Positions 8,910 through 18,550 of a stretch of 64,000 bases of DNA are shown here, piece by piece. The position numbers were made by a program, and so were the translations under genes. A model generated the notes under the pieces. It saw only the letters and a list, made by a program, of their open reading frames with translations. It had not been told where the DNA came from and did no database searches. This DNA is from an uncultured Leptospirales bacterium (GTDB lineage Bacteria > Spirochaetota > UBA4802 > UBA5550), in NCBI GenBank assembly GCA_964529415.1, contig CAZGWD010000004.1:70806-134805 (forward strand). The letters run 5' to 3'. Each line of letters starts with the position of its first letter. Positions within the stretch are counted from its first letter, which is position 1.

Positions 8910-9910
8910 AAAATATAAAAATTTTTTTAATAATTTCCTTTCTGATTTTAACCGCATCATCGGCAATAATCGCATTTGAACTGCCTGATAAGATCAAAGG
9001 GTTTTCGATACCCAAGCCGACTGCTCAAATTGTAAAATTTGATATAGAATCAATCAGCCTGACTGATATAACATTGCTGTTTGATGTTGAAATATCAAAC
9101 CCATATCCTGTTAAGCTTAATCTGAGCAGGGTTGAGTCTGCTTTTTTTGTGGAGAACAAGCAGTTTTTTAAGACATCTACAAATAAACTCAACATAAAGG
9201 CAAAAGGCAAGGAAACCACAAGACTTCTCGTTAATATAAAATATGCGGACATGGCGAACATAGTTAGAGATTATAAAGACAAGGATTCTCTTGAATGCGT
9301 TGTTGACTCAGTGATAGTTCTCCCGCTCCCGGATGCTGTTTCAAAAATTGCAAAGGATATCACCTTCAAATTCAAGCTGAATAAAAACGTCCCTGCCATT
9401 AAACCTGAAATCAGTATTGCCAATTTTACTGTTATCAAACCATCTCTCAAGGAAATAGATGAGGCGATTAAAAGGTCCCAGAAAAAAAATCTTAACGCAG
9501 ATGCCATCAAAAATATGTTCGGAGCTATTATAGATGGAAAGAATCCCGCGAAAGTTATTGATCCGGCTGATCTTGATCTTAAAATAAAAGTCAACTTCGA
9601 TGTAGTGATGAAAAATAAAACCAAAGCAGCTATTTTTTTCAATGATTTAAATTATGATTTCAAGGTAAACGGAAGCAAACTTGTCGAGGGTTCAACTAAA
9701 GATATCAAGAACAAGCAGGGGGAATATATTCTCAGCATCAGCAATGAATTCAGCTCAAAAGCTCTCGGTTCTTCTATATTAAAGGCTTTCAGCGACGGCA
9801 AAGGCGATTTCACTCTGACAGGATATTCCATGGTAAAATTTCCGGACAAGATTAAAAAGACTCCCCTGAAACTAAACTTTAATGAAAAAGGAATCTTATC
9901 AATAAAATAG
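8906..9910 (+). CDS. membrane-anchored LEA_2 / WHy-type (late-embryogenesis-abundant-like) protein with two repeats
   Basis: N-terminal TM anchor followed by two beta-rich repeats (FDVEISNPYPVKLNL... and FDVVMKNKTKAAIFFNDLNYDFKVNG) typical of LEA14/LEA_2 domains. The ATG overlaps the upstream stop (ATGA). Confidence 0.55.
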   Translation: MKNIKIFLIISFLILTASSAIIAFELPDKIKGFSIPKPTAQIVKFDIESISLTDITLLFDVEISNPYPVKLNLSRVESAFFVENKQFFKTSTNKLNIKAKGKETTRLLVNIKYADMANIVRDYKDKDSLECVVDSVIVLPLPDAVSKIAKDITFKFKLNKNVPAIKPEISIANFTVIKPSLKEIDEAIKRSQKKNLNADAIKNMFGAIIDGKNPAKVIDPADLDLKIKVNFDVVMKNKTKAAIFFNDLNYDFKVNGSKLVEGSTKDIKNKQGEYILSISNEFSSKALGSSILKAFSDGKGDFTLTGYSMVKFPDKIKKTPLKLNFNEKGILSIK

Positions 9911-9934
9911 TCTGATTTTAATCTGAATCAGACT
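9909..9934. terminator. 9-bp perfect hairpin spanning both stop codons of convergent genes
   Basis: AGTCTGATT-ttaatctg-AATCAGACT. The plus-gene TAG (9908-9910) and the minus-gene TGA (9928-9930) lie inside or next to the stem. ATTTTATT follows on the minus strand. Confidence 0.45.
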
Positions 9935-12900
9935 ACACGATTCCTGCCCATATCCTTTGCTTTATATAAATTTTTATCAGCCTTTTCAAGCAGGGCGATT
10001 CTATCATCATCTTCGCTGATTTCCGCTGCACCTATACTTACTGTCACTTTTAATAATAAATCTATTCCTCCGGCTTTGCAGGCTACTTCCATTTTCTCAA
10101 TGCCTTTTCTGATCTTTTCCGCCACAAGAATAGCATCTACAATGCCTGTTCCAGGCATCACCACAACAAATTCCTCCCCCCCGTATCTGGCGGCCAGATC
10201 GCTCAATCGGATTGCGCCATGAATATTACTTGCAGTACTTTTTAAAATAACATCCCCGACCTGATGCCCGTATGTATCATTGAATTTTTTAAAATGATCT
10301 ATATCAATTATCAGCAAACTTAGATTTTTATTATATCTTTTTGCTTCGGCAAAACATTTTATCAGATAATTATCAAAAAACGCCCTGTTGTATATTTGAG
10401 TCAATCCGTCAATTACCGCTCTCTGGTATAAGGCTGCATTCTCAATGGAGATCGCAGCCTGCGATGAAAGAATACGAAGCAGCTCCAGCCTCTCCGGAGT
10501 AAATGCATTTGCCGTTATATTATTTTCCAGATACAGTATACCTGCAATTTTCTGCTTATACATTATTGGCATGCACAAAATAGATTTGATTTTATTTTTT
10601 AATATATAAGGATCATTTTTAAACATGCCTTCTTCAGTTGCATGATTCAAGACAACATCTTCATTTGATTTATTAACATAATTGACTATGCTGATTGAAA
10701 GATTTTCGTAATTTTTCACAGGAATTGAATTTAATACTCTTATACCATCTTCAATACTGCTTTCAGCTTCTATATACAGATTTTTATCTGATTCATTTTC
10801 CAGAATTAAAAAACCTTTCTGCGCTCCTGCGCTTTCAAGCGAAAACTTCATAATTGCATCTAAAAGTTTTCCAAGATCGATTTCGCTGGATATTGCATTT
10901 GTCGATTTCATTACAGTTGAAAAATCAAGAGACATAGCTGAGCCGGATGTTGACATTGTATAAGTATTTTCATCGCCCTCATTTTTCTGCTGTTTGTTTT
11001 TTGCAAAAACTGCTCCGAGCAGTTCAGGGAAATCATTTTCAATCTGCTTAACTTTCGCAATTGCTCCCCAACGGTAATAGCAATTATGAGATTCAATCAT
11101 GTAGAAGCCTGCAAATTTATTTTTTCCCAGCGAAAGATAGTACTTGGCAGCAAGCTCATTGGCAATTGCCTCATCATTCAGATATTCATTTTCATGAGCG
11201 CCTGCAATTGCTTTATCATACAGATCCATTGCTTTAATATGATCACCTTTTAAACTTGAAATCTCAGCTTCAACAAGATTGTATTTATGCAGATTATTCA
11301 TCGGTGCGTGATATGCCCATTTTTTAAGTTTTTTCTGATTTTTTACAGCTGCATTTAAATAACCTATAGATTCTTTCGATTTATCAGCGCTGTATAATGA
11401 AAGAAGAGACAATGAATAATAAAAATTAAAAACAGGATTCTGAATATCAGCTGCAATAGCATCAATATTTTTCAATACCTTTCCGGCATTCTCTACAGCA
11501 TTTTTATAATCGCAGAAAATACAGAAAATAACAACCTTTAAAACGTATAAAGACACCAATGAGCTTATATCACCTGCTTTTAAATGCATAGGAACCATTA
11601 TATTTTCATCATAAGCAGTTCCAATTAATTCTCCGGGATTATCTGTTATCTCTATAAGATTAATTACGCATTGATGATAGATCACAAGCGAGTACAAAGC
11701 TGATTTTTGATTTATTTTTTTGATCAAATCGCTGCAAGTCTGCATATCATTATTTAATTTTATGAGATTAATACCAACATGAAATGAGAACTGATTCACA
11801 GCCATAAAATTATATGCAGCGAACTCAAAGTCGCCAACTTCCAGCCCATTATGATAAGCTGTTATAAATGGATTAAATGTGGACCGCACATGTTCGGTCC
11901 AGTGCCTGATATAACCATTCATGACAAAATGGGTTTTAGCAAAAGATTCCGCTTCTGCATCTTTCATTTTATTCAGAAGATCTATACTTATTCTGCCGAA
12001 TCTGTATCCTGTTTTAATTTCACCTATACTGCAGTTTACGTATCCATATCCCGCGTATGCAAAAGGCGAAAAAGATGCATTACCATATTTTATTGTCAAG
12101 CGTATGGATTTGAATGCAATTATTACAAGCAGATTCGGATTAGCAAAATATGAGGCCGTTGCAAGTGCAGACATTATTTGCAGTCTGGCCATTATATAAT
12201 TATTTTTCATTGCTGGCAAATCCAGCAAATATTTGTCATTTTTTCCTAAAAGAGCAAACCTGGTCAGAAATAGTGAAATTAAAATATTTAAAATATTGGG
12301 TCTTTCAGGAATTTTTAATCCTAATTTTTTTAAAACATCAAGGCCGATTTTAATTCCATCAAGCGGTTTATTTAATGCCATGCAGGTTGATATTTTTATC
12401 CGGTAAATATTTATCTGCTCTAAAATATCTTTAGTTTTCGATAGAGCAATATCCGAATATTTCTCCATAGCATTAAAATCAGAGCTGAGATATGATGCTT
12501 CAACTGCTTCCTCATGCAGCGAATGCATTAGCCTGAAATTGTCTTTCCATCCGTTTTCGCCAAGAAGTTCAATACCTGTATTGTAATATATTGACGCAGA
12601 ATTGAATGCAGCTGACGCTTTTGCTTTCCTGCCTGCAGCTAAATTCAATTCTGCAAGTTTATTTTTTTCAGAAACTGATTTTACAAGATTTTTTCCTGCA
12701 TTTAACTGATCAACAATATATAAAATTTTTTCCTGCAATTCATGCGCAGTAGATTTATTTAAATAAAGACTTCCGATTTTTAAATGTATCCTCTCCTTCT
12801 CATCATCCGAAATAAGCGAATATGCTGCTTCCTGAATCCTGTCGTGATAAAATTTATAAATATCTCCGTACAGGCTTATAAATCCTTCATCAATTATTTT

Positions 12901-14865
12901 CATTAAAAGCACAAGAGTTTCTTCAATAGATTTCTCTGAAACTTCGGACAATGTCACCAGATCGAATCTGTTGCCTATGCAGGCGCAATTCTGCAGAATT
13001 TTCTGAATGTTTTCAGGCAGAGTCGATATTTTTCCAGCCAATAGCTCAACTACATTATCAGTGACTGATAGTTTTTCTATTTTTGATATATCCCAAATCC
13101 ACCCATGGACAGAATCAATCTCAATAATATGCCCGTCATAAAGGGACTTTAAAAACTGATTTATAAAAAATGGATTGCCGTTTGTTTTTTCAAAAATTAT
13201 TTCTGCAAGCTCCAGTGATTTCTCCACATTGCATCTGAAAAAATTCAGCAATAACTGATTAACAGCAGGTATGGTTAAAGGTTCAACCTGTATGGAGTTT
13301 ATTATTATATTTTCTTTTTTAATATCATTGACAGTTCTGATCAATGGATGAAATGAATTCACCTCATTATCCCTATATGACCCGATCAATAGAAGATAAT
13401 TGTTATCAGAATCAGTTAAAATCATTTTTATAAAATTCAGGCTTGCAAGATCTGCCCATTGTATATCATCAAGAAATATCGTAAGCGGGTGTTCCTCTTT
13501 TATAAAAACATTCACAAAACTTTTAAAAACATAATTAAATCTGTTCTGCGACTGCATAGGTTCAAGATCCGGAACGTCTTTTTGTTTTCCAATAATGAGT
13601 TCAACAACAGGCAGAATGTCGATAATTATTTTTCCATTTGATCCTACGGCTTTTAATATTTTATTTCTCCATTTATTAATTCGTTCGTCGCCTTCTGTGA
13701 ATATCTGCTTTATCAGCCCCTGAAATGCCTGAATTATAGAACTGTACGGAACATCCCGCCTGAACTGATCATATTTTCCTGAAATAAAATATCCGCGCTT
13801 TGCAACAATTGTTTTATGGATTTCATTTATGAGAGCGGATTTTCCAATACCTGGATTACCGGAAACAAGCATAACCTCACTGGTTCCGTTACTGACTCTT
13901 TCAAAAGCATCGGATAAAATTCTAATATCATTTTCGCGGCCGATAAGTTTTTGGGGAATATTGAATTTAATAGAAAAATCTTTCTGCCCGAGCTGAAATT
14001 TAAATTTATCAATAGTTCCATTTTTAATCAGCTCATCATAACAAAGCTTTAAATCTGCCGTTAAACCATGACTGCTCTGATATCGCTCTTCAGCATTTTT
14101 TGACATTAATTTACTGATGATTTCTGATATAATTTCAGGAATCATAGGATTTAATATTACAAGCGGTATTGCTTCTCTTGCAATATGCGAATGGATTATT
14201 TCCATCGGATCTTTTGCATCAAATGGAACTTTACCTGCAAGCATTTCATAGAAAGTAATACCTAAAGAATAAATATCAGTTCGATAATCGATGGACCTGT
14301 TCATGCGGCCAGTTTGTTCAGGAGATATGTACGGCAATGTACCTTCAATTATTTCAGGGTGATACACCTCATCATTTTTATGTGTAATTTCATTTGCGAT
14401 TCCGAAATCAGTTATTTTCACTGTGAAATTTTCAGGATTAATAATTATATTGCTCGGCTTTATATCCTTATGAATAATATTTTTTCTGTGAATGTTACCC
14501 AGTGTGACAGATAATTTAACTGCAATTTCAAGAAAAGAGCGCATATCAAACTGAAGAGATATACGGCCGGGCATATCTTCAGAAGAAATATATTTTTTAA
14601 GAGATATTCCGTTAAAATCCTCCTGTACAAGAGTAAATTCATTATTTTCTTCAATAATATCAAATATACCTACTATACCATCTTCATCTAATTTTTTTAT
14701 TATATCATATTCCTGTTTAAAACGGGCAATTTCCGAGGGAGACGGCAATGAAGATTTTAATACTTTTAATATATAATTTTTATTATCTTTTAAACACCTG
14801 TAAATTATCGATTTATCAGTTTGGGCAATATTTTCAATAATTTTATATTCAGAAATTTTATTCAT
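9928..14865 (-). CDS. multidomain Ser/Thr protein kinase - AAA(STAND-like) ATPase - TPR - GAF - GGDEF diguanylate cyclase
   Basis: Kinase motifs HKDIKPSNIII, ITDFGIA and YISPEQ. Walker A GNPGIGKS. Long helical-repeat region. GAF segment (SILCMPIMYKQKIAGILYLEN). C-terminal GGDEF domain with an intact RYGGEEF. Confidence 0.85.
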   Translation of the reverse strand: MNKISEYKIIENIAQTDKSIIYRCLKDNKNYILKVLKSSLPSPSEIARFKQEYDIIKKLDEDGIVGIFDIIEENNEFTLVQEDFNGISLKKYISSEDMPGRISLQFDMRSFLEIAVKLSVTLGNIHRKNIIHKDIKPSNIIINPENFTVKITDFGIANEITHKNDEVYHPEIIEGTLPYISPEQTGRMNRSIDYRTDIYSLGITFYEMLAGKVPFDAKDPMEIIHSHIAREAIPLVILNPMIPEIISEIISKLMSKNAEERYQSSHGLTADLKLCYDELIKNGTIDKFKFQLGQKDFSIKFNIPQKLIGRENDIRILSDAFERVSNGTSEVMLVSGNPGIGKSALINEIHKTIVAKRGYFISGKYDQFRRDVPYSSIIQAFQGLIKQIFTEGDERINKWRNKILKAVGSNGKIIIDILPVVELIIGKQKDVPDLEPMQSQNRFNYVFKSFVNVFIKEEHPLTIFLDDIQWADLASLNFIKMILTDSDNNYLLLIGSYRDNEVNSFHPLIRTVNDIKKENIIINSIQVEPLTIPAVNQLLLNFFRCNVEKSLELAEIIFEKTNGNPFFINQFLKSLYDGHIIEIDSVHGWIWDISKIEKLSVTDNVVELLAGKISTLPENIQKILQNCACIGNRFDLVTLSEVSEKSIEETLVLLMKIIDEGFISLYGDIYKFYHDRIQEAAYSLISDDEKERIHLKIGSLYLNKSTAHELQEKILYIVDQLNAGKNLVKSVSEKNKLAELNLAAGRKAKASAAFNSASIYYNTGIELLGENGWKDNFRLMHSLHEEAVEASYLSSDFNAMEKYSDIALSKTKDILEQINIYRIKISTCMALNKPLDGIKIGLDVLKKLGLKIPERPNILNILISLFLTRFALLGKNDKYLLDLPAMKNNYIMARLQIMSALATASYFANPNLLVIIAFKSIRLTIKYGNASFSPFAYAGYGYVNCSIGEIKTGYRFGRISIDLLNKMKDAEAESFAKTHFVMNGYIRHWTEHVRSTFNPFITAYHNGLEVGDFEFAAYNFMAVNQFSFHVGINLIKLNNDMQTCSDLIKKINQKSALYSLVIYHQCVINLIEITDNPGELIGTAYDENIMVPMHLKAGDISSLVSLYVLKVVIFCIFCDYKNAVENAGKVLKNIDAIAADIQNPVFNFYYSLSLLSLYSADKSKESIGYLNAAVKNQKKLKKWAYHAPMNNLHKYNLVEAEISSLKGDHIKAMDLYDKAIAGAHENEYLNDEAIANELAAKYYLSLGKNKFAGFYMIESHNCYYRWGAIAKVKQIENDFPELLGAVFAKNKQQKNEGDENTYTMSTSGSAMSLDFSTVMKSTNAISSEIDLGKLLDAIMKFSLESAGAQKGFLILENESDKNLYIEAESSIEDGIRVLNSIPVKNYENLSISIVNYVNKSNEDVVLNHATEEGMFKNDPYILKNKIKSILCMPIMYKQKIAGILYLENNITANAFTPERLELLRILSSQAAISIENAALYQRAVIDGLTQIYNRAFFDNYLIKCFAEAKRYNKNLSLLIIDIDHFKKFNDTYGHQVGDVILKSTASNIHGAIRLSDLAARYGGEEFVVVMPGTGIVDAILVAEKIRKGIEKMEVACKAGGIDLLLKVTVSIGAAEISEDDDRIALLEKADKNLYKAKDMGRNRVV

Positions 14866-15017
14866 AACAGCCTTATTTTCATGGAATAAATTTTTCTTTA
14901 TTATATGGTCTGAATAAAACCTGCTGCTGATAAATATTTAAAAAGTATAATAATTCAAATTGCAACTTTTTATAAAAAAAGATACTAAAATTTTCATTAT
15001 GTTATAAAATAAATATC

Positions 15018-16850
15018 TTATATTTCTTTTCTGGATTCAATTCTAACCAGATACCCTTCGGATATCTGAGGCAGTTCAGCTGCGTTTGCCTCATCAGTAT
15101 CAATATGCATCTCAAGTTTATATTCAGGCTTAACACGGACAAGAACATCGCCGAAAATAAGCTCCCTGTCGCCTTCCATCTTAACCATTACAATGTCTTT
15201 ATCAAGCACACCGTAAACTTCTGCATCTGCAGGAGTCATGTGAATATGGCGCCAGGCGCAGATAACTCCTTCAGGCAGAACAACAGTCCCGCCAGGGCCT
15301 TCAAGAGTTAGCCCCGGAGAATTTTTCAGATCGCCTGATGCGCGGATTGGTGCATCTATGCCGAGTTTAAATTCTTCTGTGCGTGAAATTTCAACCTGGG
15401 TATGCGCGCGTTCAGGGCCGAGTATGCGCACGCCGTCTATCCTGCCGCGGGGACCGATAAGGTTTATTTTTTCTTCGCTCATGAATTCACTGTCAATATA
15501 AAGCGGCGCCTTTTTCTTCAGCTGATACCCTTTCCCAAAGAGTGCGTCTATGTCCGGGCGTGAGAGGTGAACGTGATGACTTGATACTGCCACACGGATA
15601 GGGCGCCTGTCTGTGGACACAATATCGCTTTTAATTGATTTTTTATATAGAATGGCTTTAGCGCACTGACGCGCGATCATCAGCTCTTCATTGGCTGCAA
15701 TGGCGAGTATGTTCACATGCGAATACCCGGCCGAAATATCGAAAACAGGTTCCTGCAGATTAACCCTGCAGCGGTCATTTTTAACAGGATCAACAGCGAT
15801 GCCGAGCTTTTCAAGGCCCTGCAGGCATCTGAATCTTATACCCCTGCTGTTCTGCCCGATACCGCCGGTAAATACAATTATGTCCACGCTGCCCATAACT
15901 GCCATATATGCGCCGATATAGGTTTTTATTCTGTAGCAGAAAGCCTTGACTGCAAGAAGCGCCCTGCGTTCCCCCCTTTCAGCTGCATCGAGAAGATCGC
16001 GCATATCCGGTGTAGTGCCTGAAATCCCCAGAAGACCGCTTTTTTTATTCAGCATTGCATCAATATCATCTATGCTCATATTTTCAGTTTTTGCAAGATA
16101 TGTAATGATGCCCGGATCCAGATCGCCTACTCGGGTACCCATGATCAGCCCCTGCATCGGACTGAAGCCCATGCTTGTATCAACTGACAAACCCCTCTCA
16201 ACAGCGCATACGCTCGCACCGTTTCCTAGATGGCAGGTAATGATATTCAGCCTGTGCAAGGGCGTCTCCAGAAATTCAGCTGCTTTTCCTGCTGCATATT
16301 CATGAGAGTTCCCGTGAAAACCGAATTTCCTGATTCCCTTTTCCGTATAAAGCTCATAAGGGAGACCGTAGATATAGGCCTCCTCCGGTATCGTATTATG
16401 AAATGCCGTATCAAATACTGCAACCTGGGCAACATCAGGCAATGCCTTCTGGCATGCATCAATCCCTGCAAGCATGGCCGGATGATGAAGAGGCATAAGC
16501 GGGACAAGCCTTTTTATTTCGTCTTTAACTTTCTGATCGATCACAACCGGGCTGCGGTAAAGTGAACCTCCATGACCGATACGGTGCGCCACTGCGCCGA
16601 TTGCAGATAAATTATTGACTTGGATATTTTTATTATTTAAAATGGAATCCAGAACAATTGTAATTGCAGCATTGTGATCTGCAGCAGCTACAGTTTTTTC
16701 GGATTTCTGCTCTCCGCATAAAGAAGTATGTTTTGTACCGTCAATTCCTATGCGGTCTATCTGCCCTTCAATTAAAGTATTTTCTTTATTCAGATCAATC
16801 AGCTGATATTTCACAGATGAACTGCCGCTGTTAATTACAATTATTTTCAT
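15018..16850 (-). CDS. ackA: acetate/propionate kinase fused in frame to PduL-type phosphate acyltransferase
   Basis: aa 1-402 are acetate kinase (MKIIVINSGSSSVKYQL, FGFHGNSH, TCHLGNGAS, VFTGGIGQNS). aa ~415-605 carry two PduL-type repeats with His motifs (VAVSSHHVHLS and AWRHIHMTPADAE). There is no stop codon between the two parts. Confidence 0.85.
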   Translation of the reverse strand: MKIIVINSGSSSVKYQLIDLNKENTLIEGQIDRIGIDGTKHTSLCGEQKSEKTVAAADHNAAITIVLDSILNNKNIQVNNLSAIGAVAHRIGHGGSLYRSPVVIDQKVKDEIKRLVPLMPLHHPAMLAGIDACQKALPDVAQVAVFDTAFHNTIPEEAYIYGLPYELYTEKGIRKFGFHGNSHEYAAGKAAEFLETPLHRLNIITCHLGNGASVCAVERGLSVDTSMGFSPMQGLIMGTRVGDLDPGIITYLAKTENMSIDDIDAMLNKKSGLLGISGTTPDMRDLLDAAERGERRALLAVKAFCYRIKTYIGAYMAVMGSVDIIVFTGGIGQNSRGIRFRCLQGLEKLGIAVDPVKNDRCRVNLQEPVFDISAGYSHVNILAIAANEELMIARQCAKAILYKKSIKSDIVSTDRRPIRVAVSSHHVHLSRPDIDALFGKGYQLKKKAPLYIDSEFMSEEKINLIGPRGRIDGVRILGPERAHTQVEISRTEEFKLGIDAPIRASGDLKNSPGLTLEGPGGTVVLPEGVICAWRHIHMTPADAEVYGVLDKDIVMVKMEGDRELIFGDVLVRVKPEYKLEMHIDTDEANAAELPQISEGYLVRIESRKEI

Positions 16851-17447
16851 AGGTATACTCCGGAAGAACGCAAAAAGTAAAATTTAGTCTTAAATCTGAT
16901 TATTGATAAATTTTAAAAAGAAAGTCAAGAATATTTAAACCTCATTTATGTTTTTCAAAACTGAATATAAGGATTGCATTTAACGAATTAAATAGTTTAT
17001 TTTTATCATTATCGATCTTCACTGCGTTTCATCCGCAATGAGATAACGCAATTCAAATTATTAATCGCTTCAATTTTAAAAGCTTTTTTAACGGTATGAT
17101 TTAAAAAGGAAACAAAAAATATAAGTGAGGATTATAATACAAAATTTAAACAAACAATTTAACATCTCTTTCATTACAGCAGTTAACGATTATATTTATG
17201 CTTAGTAAATTCAGTAGAAATTTATTTTTTTTATCATTCCCTTGACAACGGTGATTCAGACAGAAGAAATGGAATCACCCGGGAGGGCAGGCCATCGCGT
17301 TCGCGGGAAAGACAGGAATTGTTATTATATCGTAATCCGCTATAGTTAGATTTTTCTTTACAGAAAATGAGCTGTTTGAAATCAAATATTTCAAAACACA
17401 ACATGCCGTAATCCTTTTTAATCAGGATTCCTTCTGGTTTTACAAGA

Positions 17448-18380
17448 TTATTCAGCTGCCGGCATTTCAAGCGCCTTGAACACAGGTTCGTAATCTCCCC
17501 TTGCATTCCAGGCTACCCAACCGCGCGCTCCAGTGCTTTCTACAGCATCAATCTGAAGTTTTATATAACGGTCAAGATTAACCCTTGCATGACCTACCAT
17601 GTACCCGAATGCCTGAATATAGGGCTGAATTTTTACATCCGTTCCCTTCACCCTATCGAGGCCTTTCAAGGTTCCTTCTTTCACAGTTTCTCCGGGCTTT
17701 GCCATTCTTGCCGTGTCGCCTGTATAATGGCTCGGGTACAGCATTGGATACAGCACATCCATATACTTTGAGAAGATCTCCACCTTCTGCCCGATTTCAT
17801 CATTTCTGTTGTAAACAATGCGGCCGAAAAGATCAGCTGAAAGTTTAACCTTGTTTGTATCTGTTATTGTTTTGAAACGGGCGAGCAGATCCCCGATAAA
17901 ACGGTATTTCATCTCAAGAGTATATGGAGTTCCTCCGTCCCTGAAGCGGATATAATCGAGCTGAATTTCCTGAAATCCGAATTGCGCAGCAGTTTCAACA
18001 AGTTTTGCAAGCATGTTCATGTAGGCTTCATCTACAGGCATTCTGTTGAGTCCATCAGGAAAGCAAACTACCCGGGCTACGCACAGAATTTTTTCAGATG
18101 TAAGATATTCCATTACTTCACGGCTGATTCTCGGCATGCCGTTCCCAGGATTATGCACGTCAATAACCAGCATGTTAACGCCAAGAGGCTTTCCTCTCTC
18201 TATTATTTTTTTAACAAATGGAAGGCTTGTGCCTTTTGATAAAGGAAGATACAGGGCGCGCAGCGGTGCGGCTGTAGTAACAGCTGGTTTAGTTTTTATC
18301 TCCTGGGGATTTACTGCGAAAAACATTAATAAACCCAGTGAGACAATTGCTGTTAAAAATATTATGCCTTTATTTTTCAT
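17448..18380 (-). CDS. putative glycoside hydrolase (DUF4015-type TIM barrel), secreted/anchored
   Basis: N-terminal signal/anchor. Motifs VIDVHN, EIQLDYIRF, DLFG...IGQ and YPMLYPSHY resemble the DUF4015 putative glycosyl hydrolase family (from memory). Confidence 0.5.
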   Translation of the reverse strand: MKNKGIIFLTAIVSLGLLMFFAVNPQEIKTKPAVTTAAPLRALYLPLSKGTSLPFVKKIIERGKPLGVNMLVIDVHNPGNGMPRISREVMEYLTSEKILCVARVVCFPDGLNRMPVDEAYMNMLAKLVETAAQFGFQEIQLDYIRFRDGGTPYTLEMKYRFIGDLLARFKTITDTNKVKLSADLFGRIVYNRNDEIGQKVEIFSKYMDVLYPMLYPSHYTGDTARMAKPGETVKEGTLKGLDRVKGTDVKIQPYIQAFGYMVGHARVNLDRYIKLQIDAVESTGARGWVAWNARGDYEPVFKALEMPAAE

Positions 18381-18550
18381 CTTTGAACCTTTGCACCTTT
18401 CAAATTTCTGTTTTTAAAATATCCAATGAATTTAAATTATTTTTTTACGGAGAGGCTGTTTGTCAAGGATTATAGTGAAATAAGTTTTCCATAATAACAA
18501 ACTTTCACATATATATTCCGCAGCAAATTAATTTCAGCTTAAATTAAATA

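Noticed and set aside
17234-17506. 90-aa minus-strand ORF in the long intergenic region (an internal Met gives 56 aa).
   Set aside because: It starts within the upstream gene's coding region in another frame. It has no RBS and an uninformative composition. The region is treated as non-coding with a possible RNA element instead.
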